Source of the DNA: Thermoanaerobaculia bacterium | GTDB lineage: Bacteria > Acidobacteriota > Thermoanaerobaculia > Multivoradales > Multivoraceae | Direction: 5' to 3' | Length of the DNA: 64,000 bases | Assembly: GCA_963666565.1 (NCBI GenBank) | Contig: OY762911.1 | Coordinates: forward strand, 3,776,001-3,840,000 | Shown here: positions 19,912-27,003 of the stretch, piece by piece | Numbering within the stretch: position 1 is the first letter of the stretch | How the letters are laid out: every line of letters starts with the position of its first letter | Notes under the pieces: model-generated | The model's input: only the letters and a program-made list of their open reading frames with translations | What the model was told of the DNA's origin: nothing | Databases searched by the model: none | Translations under genes and position numbers: made by a program

Positions 19912-20393
19912 ACGGGAATGCCGTACTGGGCGCGGTGAATCAGTTCGAGCACATGGCGCGCGCCGGCGGAACTGGAACACGCGACGTCGAGCGCTCTCTG
20001 GCCTTCCAGCAGAGGATGGCGCGCCGTGAGGTAGGCCATGATCCCCTCCCTGTCCCCCCTGTACGAGCGGCTGAGGGCCTCGACGATGCGGCTGAGCTCG
20101 TAGAGCCGCTCGCTCATCTCTCTCGACAGCGGCTTGTCCCCGTTGCGGGCCCGTCGCAGCGTGGCCTCGGGGATCACGGGTCCGACGACGTTCGCACGGC
20201 CGAGAATCTCCATCAGCACGGTCGCCGCGTCGGGATGCAGGCCGCCGCCGACTCGGCGGGCGAGCTCCAGGTCGCTCAAGACGGCGGCATCCTCGATCCC
20301 GAGCAGATCCCCCAGGCGGGCAGCCTCGGTGGTCGGCGCCTCGGCCCGGTTCGCGTAGCCCGCGAGGACGGCAGCGGCATCGTTCTTCGTCAT
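19908..20393 (-). CDS. Xre/MbcA/ParS-type antitoxin (DUF2384-like)
   Basis: IPEATLRRAR...SERLYELSRI, HPLLEGQRALD..GARHVLELI; directly upstream of the RES toxin. Confidence 0.88.
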   Translation of the reverse strand: MTKNDAAAVLAGYANRAEAPTTEAARLGDLLGIEDAAVLSDLELARRVGGGLHPDAATVLMEILGRANVVGPVIPEATLRRARNGDKPLSREMSERLYELSRIVEALSRSYRGDREGIMAYLTARHPLLEGQRALDVACSSSAGARHVLELIHRAQYGIPV

Positions 20394-20399
20394 TCGACG

Positions 20400-20429
20400 A
20401 CGATACGGCGGTCATTTGACGCTTGTCAA
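20400..20429 (-). promoter_or_regulatory. sigma70-like promoter of the RES-Xre operon, with operator palindrome; probably leaderless
   Basis: Minus strand: TTGACA-18 nt-TATCGT-6 nt-ATG; palindrome ttgac-gctt-gtcaa (20416-20429) overlaps the -35. Confidence 0.65.
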
Positions 20430-20471
20430 GAGCCGTCTTCGCGCAGGAACTCCGCGAACCCCGGCCGGCGG

Positions 20472-21227
20472 TCAGGACGGAATCGCAACGACGGCCCACA
20501 CGCGCAACGCGCCGCCTGCGGCCTCGTCAACCTGGCCGCCCGTCAAAGCGTACCAGCCGACGAGGCGCCGCACCGCCCCGTCCTGGCTCGCGACCTTCGT
20601 CCGAAGCCGCAGCTCGCCGCAGCGAGCGCCGCCGTCACCTGCCTCCCGCCGCTCCAAGTCGACGTCCGAGAACCCGAGCACGCGCCGGTGCCGGGGAAAC
20701 AGCGCCTTGTAAGCGCTCTCCTTGGCCGAGAACGCGAGCGTGAACATCTCCGCCTCGGTCAGGCTTCCGGCGGCGCCCCGGCGGAGACTCATCTCCCGCT
20801 CGTTCAGCACTCGCGCAGCGAGCCGCCCGGCCTGCTGTGCGGACACGACCCGCTCCACATCGACGCCGAGCCCCGCGTACCGGTCAGCCGCGGCAACGGC
20901 GGCAAAGCCGAAGCCGGCGCCGTGGGAGATCGAGCCGACCACACCCTCAGGCCACCGGGGGACATCGTCGTCGTCGCCGACGATCTCACCCTCCGAAGCG
21001 GCAGGCCCCAGCAACTGCCTCAGCGCGTGCCGGGCGCTGATCCGGCCGGCAAGGTACTCGCGCCGCCGCTTGTCGATGGCGCTTTCGAGGCCGGCAGGCA
21101 GACTGAAGCCGAGTTGTCTGGCTTCCTCGACCAACTCCTCCAGCAGGCCGATCTCGTGCGCGGCGACGCTGATGTCGCGGGGAAGGCTGTCCGCCAGACT
21201 CGGGGGCACTCCCCGGGCCGTGCTCAC
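20472..21227 (-). CDS. 4'-phosphopantetheinyl transferase (EntD/Sfp type)
   Basis: KRRREYLAGR, PRWPEGVVGSISH, GLGVDVE, FSAKESAYKA. Confidence 0.9.
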   Translation of the reverse strand: MSTARGVPPSLADSLPRDISVAAHEIGLLEELVEEARQLGFSLPAGLESAIDKRRREYLAGRISARHALRQLLGPAASEGEIVGDDDDVPRWPEGVVGSISHGAGFGFAAVAAADRYAGLGVDVERVVSAQQAGRLAARVLNEREMSLRRGAAGSLTEAEMFTLAFSAKESAYKALFPRHRRVLGFSDVDLERREAGDGGARCGELRLRTKVASQDGAVRRLVGWYALTGGQVDEAAGGALRVWAVVAIPS

Positions 21228-21697
21228 GCCAGGAAGTAGCGCCGCTGCTCCGGCGTCGGCACGGGACACTCGGCCAGCCGGCTACCGACCCGCCGGCGAT
21301 TCCGCGCCAACAAGCGGTAGCCCCAGTCCAGAACGGACCTTGGCACCACCCGCGACAGCAGGGCGAGCCGGCGCTCCGGGCCATCCAACCGCGCCGCCAA
21401 CCACAGCACGGCCTCGCTACGGACCTTGATCTCGTCCGGGAGGGGCGAATCCGAAGCGGCGTCCGCGTGCGCCGCCGGCAGAATCTGGAGCACCATGCTG
21501 TCCAGCTCCGCCAGATCGGGACGGGCGGCGGTCAGCCGCTCGAACGCCTCGCCGTCCTGGGGCGCGAACCGGACACCGGGCGGTACGCCGCGGGACAGAC
21601 AGCGGGCCACCGACCAGTTGCAGAGCGCGCAGTCGCCGTCGTAGTAGACGATGGCCCTCGGCGGCCGGCGTTCGGCGGACTCGACCATGCCGGCCAT
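21224..21697 (-). CDS. DCC1-like thiol-disulfide oxidoreductase (DUF393)
   Basis: YYDGDCALCN, FAPQ, RSEAVL, YRLLARNRRR. Confidence 0.85.
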   Translation of the reverse strand: MAGMVESAERRPPRAIVYYDGDCALCNWSVARCLSRGVPPGVRFAPQDGEAFERLTAARPDLAELDSMVLQILPAAHADAASDSPLPDEIKVRSEAVLWLAARLDGPERRLALLSRVVPRSVLDWGYRLLARNRRRVGSRLAECPVPTPEQRRYFLA

Positions 21698-21750
21698 TCC
21701 AGGAGGACTCGCGGGGTCGCCGCCGCAATCGCCGCAGGCCACCGCCGGGC

Positions 21751-22269
21751 CTAGCGGTTGGCCGCCTCGTCCAGCACCCGCAGGAAGGCCCGGCCGCTCA
21801 TCAGGCGCGGCTCGCCGTCGACCATCTCCATCCGCTCCACGTAGGAAGCCGTCTCGCCGTCGGCGCTGTACATGACCAGGGTCGGATAGCCGCGCACGCC
21901 GAACTGCCGGGCCAACTGGCTCTCCTGCCCGCCGGCTTCGGGGTTCAGCCGCACCGCGAGGACCGCGTCCAGGTAACCGTCGACCTCGTCGTCCGTCAGC
22001 AGTTCCCGCTCGAACTGGCGGCAGTACGGGCACCAGTCCGTGTAGATGTAGAGGAACAGCGGCAGGCGGTCGCGCCGCTGCACCTCGAGCGCCGCGGCCA
22101 GCCCCGCGGCCCCTTCATACCAACCCTCGAAGTCGGGACGGCCGGACGGCGCGTCGGCGGCCTCCGCCGGCGCCGCGGCGGAGTGCGCGACCAGGGCGGC
22201 CAAGCCGAACAGAAGGAGCAGCGCGAGCGCTCCCCAACCGATCCGCCGAAGCCCCGGACAACACCTCAT
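21751..22269 (-). CDS. Exported thioredoxin-fold protein (SoxW/DsbD-like)
   Basis: Signal peptide, WCPYC active site, FGVRGYPTL cis-Pro motif. Confidence 0.85.
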   Translation of the reverse strand: MRCCPGLRRIGWGALALLLLFGLAALVAHSAAAPAEAADAPSGRPDFEGWYEGAAGLAAALEVQRRDRLPLFLYIYTDWCPYCRQFERELLTDDEVDGYLDAVLAVRLNPEAGGQESQLARQFGVRGYPTLVMYSADGETASYVERMEMVDGEPRLMSGRAFLRVLDEAANR

Positions 22270-22285
22270 GGCGTGCTTGAGCGTA

Positions 22286-24013
22286 TCAGCGCGCGGCTGC
22301 CGCTCCGCGCCCCGACCGGGCTCCCGGCAGGAGCGGCGCGGCCCGTCCCATCGCCTCCTCGGCGCGGTCGATGAGCCGGCCGAAACCGGCCCGCGTACGC
22401 GCGCTGACCGCCACCGCGCCGAGTCGGCGGGCCATCAGCCCGGCGCGCTCCTCCGTCACCAGGTCGCACTTGTTCAGCACGACGAGGAGCGGCTTCGAGC
22501 CGAGCGACAGCTCCTCGATCAGCCGCTCCACCGCCTCGACCTTCGCTCGCCACCCCGCGTCGGCGGCGTCGACCACGTGGAGAAGCAGGTCCGCGTCGCC
22601 AAGTTCCTCCAGCGTGGCCCGGAACGCCCGCACGAGATCGGGCGGCAACTCCGCGATGAAGCCGACCGTGTCGGTGATGACGACTTCGCCCTCGCGCGGG
22701 AAGCGGATGCGGCGGCTGGTCGGGTCGAGGGTGACGAAGAGCTTGCCGGCGGTCTCGACCTCGCTGCGGGTCAGCGCGTTGAGCAGGGTGCTCTTGCCCG
22801 CGTTCGTGTAGCCGATCAGGGAGAGCACCGGCACCCGGCGGTCGCGCCGACGGCTGCGGGCCACGTCCCGCTGCCTGGACAGCTTCTCGACCTTCCGCTC
22901 CAGGTTGCGGATGCGGTCGCGGATCCGCCGCCGCCCCACCTCGAGGACGGTTTCGCCGGGCCCGCGGCCGCCGATACCGCCGCTCAGCCTCGACAGGCCC
23001 GCATCCTTCTCCGTCAGCCGCGGCAGGGAGTACCGCAACTGGGCCAGTTCGACCTGGAGCTTGCCGTCGCGGGAACGCGCCCGCTGCGCGAACACGTCGA
23101 GGACGAGCTGGGTGCGGTCGATCGCCTTGAGGCCGGTCGCGTCCTCGAAGGCGCGGGCCTGGGCCGGCTTCAGGTCGATGTCGAAGATCGCCACCTCGGC
23201 GCCGGCGCGCATGCTCTGCAGGACGATGTCGGTCAGCTTGCCGCGGCCGACGACCGTCCGGGGATGGACCCGCGACCGGCGCTGCCGGAGCCTCCCCGCC
23301 ACCTCGACGCCGGCCGAACGGACGAGTTCGACCGTCTCGGCGAAGTGATCGTCCTCCGGCCGCACGCCGATCACCAGCGCCCGCTCCTTCGTCGCTTCGC
23401 GGCCGCGGCGGTAGCGGCCGAACTCGCGCTCGACCTCGCGGATGGTGGCCGCGAAGTCCAGGTCCAGTTCGTAGACCCGGGGCGCCTCGACGCGCAGGAA
23501 GGGGCCGTCCGCGCCGCCGCCGCCAGCGCCGCCGCCACCCTGCCGGGATCCCGACCCGGTCGCGGCCTCCGGCGCGGCCGCGCCCGCCGCCGAGGGCGAA
23601 AGGTACGCGACCTCGATCGCGCCGGCGCCGCCGTCCTCCTCGGCCTGCACCACGGCGACCAGGTCGAGCCGGAGCAGGGCGAGGTCGTTCAGGTCGTCGG
23701 CCGAGAGCGCCTCGCCCCGCAGGTGCGTGTGAACCAGGCGCAGCCGCCGGAAGCGTCCGGGACCGCCCCGCAGCCGCCCGATGTCGGGGATCTCGAGCTG
23801 GCGCGCGTCGCCGACGATCACTTGGCTGACCGCGCCGCCGCGGGTCAGCAGCACGCCGACCTGGCGGCCGATCTCGCGCGAGAGCGCGCACAGGTGGCGC
23901 GCCAGCTCGGTCGAGACGACCTGGTCCGGGTTCACCTTCCGCCGGTAGGTCCGTTCGAGCGCCGCGCGCTGCGCCGGCCGCAGGCCGCGGACATCGCCGT
24001 GGATCGGTCTCAT
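22286..24013 (-). CDS. hflX: GTPase HflX, long form with N-terminal extension
   Basis: GYTNAGKSTL, LFVTLDPT, DTVGF, NKCD, GGRGPGET. Confidence 0.95.
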   Translation of the reverse strand: MRPIHGDVRGLRPAQRAALERTYRRKVNPDQVVSTELARHLCALSREIGRQVGVLLTRGGAVSQVIVGDARQLEIPDIGRLRGGPGRFRRLRLVHTHLRGEALSADDLNDLALLRLDLVAVVQAEEDGGAGAIEVAYLSPSAAGAAAPEAATGSGSRQGGGGAGGGGADGPFLRVEAPRVYELDLDFAATIREVEREFGRYRRGREATKERALVIGVRPEDDHFAETVELVRSAGVEVAGRLRQRRSRVHPRTVVGRGKLTDIVLQSMRAGAEVAIFDIDLKPAQARAFEDATGLKAIDRTQLVLDVFAQRARSRDGKLQVELAQLRYSLPRLTEKDAGLSRLSGGIGGRGPGETVLEVGRRRIRDRIRNLERKVEKLSRQRDVARSRRRDRRVPVLSLIGYTNAGKSTLLNALTRSEVETAGKLFVTLDPTSRRIRFPREGEVVITDTVGFIAELPPDLVRAFRATLEELGDADLLLHVVDAADAGWRAKVEAVERLIEELSLGSKPLLVVLNKCDLVTEERAGLMARRLGAVAVSARTRAGFGRLIDRAEEAMGRAAPLLPGARSGRGAAAAR

Positions 24014-24422
24014 GGAGGGCCGGGCGCGGCTGAAAGCCCCAAGTGCAAGAAACTGCTATCCTTGGCCGCGGCGGCGACGCTGGCCTTGATCGGCAGGCGA
24101 CCCGCAACTCGACAGCACGAGTCAGCGCTTGGCTTCAGCCTTACTCCTTCCGACAGTTCGTCCACTCCGAGGCGACGCGCGCGAGATTGCCCGCGTCGCC
24201 CGAGGGCCGCTGAACAGCCCGTGGTGAACCCAAGGCTATACCCGCCGCCTCCGACGACGACCCGGCTCGAGCGCCCGGTCGCGCAGTTCCATCTGCAGCG
24301 AACCCAGGCTCGCCGGCCCGCAGGCTCCCCCCGGGGAGTCGCGCCGCGCCTTGCCGCTCTTGCGGCCGGGGTCGTCCCCACCGATTCAACCGACGGCGCA
24401 GCCGCCGTCACCCGGAGACTTT

Positions 24423-26384
24423 GTGACCCGAAGAATGCTCATCAACGCGCGGAGTTCTACCGAACTCCGCATCGCCATCGCCAACGACCTCGTGCTCGAA
24501 GACCTGAAGGTCGACATCGCCGAGCGGGGGCTGACCCGCGGGAACATCTACTACGGCAAGATCGCGAACATTGAGCCGAGCCTGAACGCCGCGTTCATCG
24601 ACTACGGCGCGCCCAAGCACGGCTTCCTCGCCATCCAGGACGTTGTCCCGGACGCCTACTACCAGGCGGCCCCGAAGTCCAAGCGGCCGAAGATCGAGGA
24701 GGTCCTCGTTCGCGGCCGGCCCATCGTCGTGCAGGTGACCCGCGAGCCGGAGGGCGCCAAGGGCGCGGCGCTGACCACCAACCTCAGCCTGGCCGGGCGC
24801 TACCTCGTGCTCTCGCCGTTCGACAAGACGAGCGGCGTTTCCCGGAAGGTCGACACGGAGGACGTCCGCCTCAAGCTGAAGGCGATGGCGGAGTCGCTGC
24901 CCGTCCCCGACGGCGGCGGCGTAATCGTCCGCACGAACGCGCTGGGGCAAACCAAGACGGCCCTCAGCCGGGACATGAACGCGCTGCTGCGGCTGTGGAA
25001 GCGCATCTCCCGCGACGCGCGCGACTCGAAGGGAACCCGGCTCCTCTACAGCGACCAGGACATCGTCCTGCAGGGGCTGCGCGACTATCTCGACAGCTCG
25101 TTCCAGGAAGTCTGGGTCGACGAGGAAACCGCCTACGGGCGCGCCGAGCAGTACATGCGGGCCTTCATGCCGCGCAGCAAGACGGCCCTCCACCGCTACA
25201 CCGCCCGCAAGCCGCTGTTCTCGGTCTACGACCTCGAGCCCCAGATCCAGAACATCTTCGAGCGCCGCGCCGCGCTGCCCTCGGGCGGCTCCATCGTGAT
25301 CGACCCCACCGAGGCCCTGACGGCGATCGACGTGAACTCGGGGCGCTCGAAGCGGGGAGCGAGCCAGGAGGAGACCGCGGTCGGCACGAACGTCGAGGCC
25401 GCGGCGGAAGTCGGCCGGCAGCTCCGGCTGCGCGACATCGGCGGCCTGATCGTCGTCGACTTCATCGACATGCGCAGCCCCCGCAACCGGCGCAAGGTCG
25501 AGAAGGCGATGAAGGACGCGATGAAGCCGGACAAGGCCCGCTTCACGGTGAGCCGGATCAGCACCAACGGGCTGCTCGAAATCAACCGCCAGCGGATCCA
25601 CCAGGCCCTGCAGATGCGCACCCACGGCGACTGTCCGAGCTGCGGAGGCACCGGCCGCGTCGCCAGCCCGGACCTCATCGCGCTGCGCCTGCTCCGCAAC
25701 ATCGAGTCCCACGGCGCCGGCGGCTACATGCGGGGAGTGCGCATGGCGATGCAGCCGGAAATCGCCGACTTCCTCCAGAACCGTCACCGGGAGGCGCTGG
25801 TCAAGCTCGGGCAGGAGTTCGACCTCGAGATCGAGATCTCGGGACAGCCTCACCTTCACGGCCAGGAGCCGGAGATCAGTTGGATCGCCCGCGACCTGGC
25901 CGACGTCAAGAAGCGCGAGAAGGAAGAGGCGAAGGAGAAGAAGCTGGAGCAGGAGATGCTGGCCACTCCCTCGATCGGCGACACGGAAGAGGAAACGGAA
26001 GCCGAAGCCGCCGCGGCCGAAGAGGCCGCCCCGGAAGGAAAGCCGAAGAAGCGCCGGCGCCGGGGCGGACGGAGACGCCGTTCCGCGGCCGCGCGCAAGG
26101 CGAAGGCGAAGGCCAAGCCCAAGGAGGCGGCGTCCAGGGCGAAGCGCGCGGACGCCGGCGGCAACGGAGCGGGCGCCAAGGCGGACGGCGGCGGTACCGA
26201 GGCGATCAAGGTGCCCGGAATCGACTCCCCCGGCGCCGACGGGGGTGGCGAAGCCGGCGCGGCCAAGGCGGCGTCGAACGGCAAGGGCGCCGCGAAGCCG
26301 GCCAGGCGGCGACGGCGACGGCGGCGGCCGCGGCGGCCGAAGGCCGCGGAAGGCGGCAGCGAGCCACGGGCGGAGCCGGCCTGA
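24423..26384 (+). CDS. rne: Ribonuclease E/G family with charged disordered C-terminal tail
   Basis: S1 domain (GNIYYGKI..AAFIDYG), AIDVNSG, RLRDIGGLIVVDFIDM, Zn-link CPSCGGTG; Glu-rich and Arg-rich tail. Confidence 0.93.
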   Translation: MTRRMLINARSSTELRIAIANDLVLEDLKVDIAERGLTRGNIYYGKIANIEPSLNAAFIDYGAPKHGFLAIQDVVPDAYYQAAPKSKRPKIEEVLVRGRPIVVQVTREPEGAKGAALTTNLSLAGRYLVLSPFDKTSGVSRKVDTEDVRLKLKAMAESLPVPDGGGVIVRTNALGQTKTALSRDMNALLRLWKRISRDARDSKGTRLLYSDQDIVLQGLRDYLDSSFQEVWVDEETAYGRAEQYMRAFMPRSKTALHRYTARKPLFSVYDLEPQIQNIFERRAALPSGGSIVIDPTEALTAIDVNSGRSKRGASQEETAVGTNVEAAAEVGRQLRLRDIGGLIVVDFIDMRSPRNRRKVEKAMKDAMKPDKARFTVSRISTNGLLEINRQRIHQALQMRTHGDCPSCGGTGRVASPDLIALRLLRNIESHGAGGYMRGVRMAMQPEIADFLQNRHREALVKLGQEFDLEIEISGQPHLHGQEPEISWIARDLADVKKREKEEAKEKKLEQEMLATPSIGDTEEETEAEAAAAEEAAPEGKPKKRRRRGGRRRRSAAARKAKAKAKPKEAASRAKRADAGGNGAGAKADGGGTEAIKVPGIDSPGADGGGEAGAAKAASNGKGAAKPARRRRRRRRPRRPKAAEGGSEPRAEPA

Positions 26385-26402
26385 CGGCCGGCGCACACTC
26401 GT

Positions 26403-26443
26403 GGCCGCCTTCGGCGGCAGCGGGTCGGATGACCCGCGCACCC
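26403..26443 (-). repeat. REP-like double hairpin, family A
   Basis: Reverse complement reads gggtgcgcgggtc-atcc-gacccgc-tgccgccgaaggcggcc. Confidence 0.75.
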
Positions 26444-26493
26444 GGCGGCGCACAGGGCGGCGGTGACTCCCAAGCTGCTGAAAACAAGGGGGT

Positions 26494-26522
26494 TTGACAA
26501 TCCGCGTCGGGTTGAGCAGCAT
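26494..26522 (+). promoter_or_regulatory. sigma70-like promoter for the intergenic transcript
   Basis: TTGACA (26494-26499), 17 nt, CAGCAT (26517-26522); A-rich stretch (tgaaaacaa) upstream. Confidence 0.6.
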
Positions 26523-26648
26523 CGACGCCATGTCGTTCCGCGGCGTCACGAGGCGCAGCGGCGGTCCCGGGATCAATCGGGGCGATCCCGCGGCCGGGCG
26601 GGGTGGGACCCGCCGATCAGTGGATGAGCCCGGAAAGGAGGTGGTCTA

Positions 26649-26693
26649 GTGGAGTACTGCAGATGCGGCTTGATGGAGGTGGCGGCTCCCTAG
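26649..26693 (+). CDS. Putative 14-aa peptide MEYCRCGLMEVAAP
   Basis: GAAAGGAGGTG (26633-26643) 5 nt before GTG; TAG at 26691-26693. Confidence 0.45.
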   Translation: MEYCRCGLMEVAAP

Positions 26694-26839
26694 GAAACCC
26701 CTGCCAGGCGCAGGACATCTCCTCCGGGAAGCAATCCCGCGCCATCCCATCGGCCAAGAAACCCGCGAGGCGCGTACCGCGCCAAGCGCGACGGCACGCT
26801 CAGCCGAGCCGCGAAGACCGCGGTCCAGGAGCGTCGCCC

Positions 26840-26880
26840 GAGCCCCGAGGAGCGTCAGCCCCTCGGGGCTCTCCTTTCTC
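26840..26880 (+). terminator. Intrinsic terminator-like hairpin
   Basis: gagccccgagg pairs with cctcggggctc (11 bp), followed by pyrimidine tract tcctttctc. Confidence 0.65.
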
Positions 26881-27003
26881 GGGGCGCCCGCGCCGCCGGA
26901 CCGGGCCGCGACGCCCGCCCCTTCCCCTGGACGCCCGCTTCCGTAACAATCGCTCACTCGAACACCGGCCCCCGACCACCTTCCCTTCAGGCGGAGACAG
27001 CAG

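Larger units (their letters stand above)
26529..26880 (+). ncRNA. Putative ~350-nt structured RNA or small-ORF mRNA of unknown family
   Basis: Own promoter and terminator; several stems (26559-26615, 26568-26590, 26700-26714, 26726-26738, 26769-26783, 26809-26823); SD/anti-SD pairing. Confidence 0.5.

Noticed and set aside
19300-20470. Genomic island or prophage boundaries around the toxin-antitoxin modules
   Set aside because: No integrase, tRNA, att-like direct repeats or phage genes seen
26630-26650. GAAAGGAGGTG as a possible reversed 16S rRNA 3' end
   Set aside because: Similarity stops after about 11 nt with no other rRNA sequence; better read as a Shine-Dalgarno
26529-26880. Assignment of the intergenic RNA to SRP RNA, RNase P RNA, tmRNA or 6S
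   Set aside because: I could not find the SRP GGAAGGAAGCAGC loop, RNase P GAGGAAAGUCC, tmRNA tRNA-like ends or a 6S-like single rod; an Rfam scan is still needed
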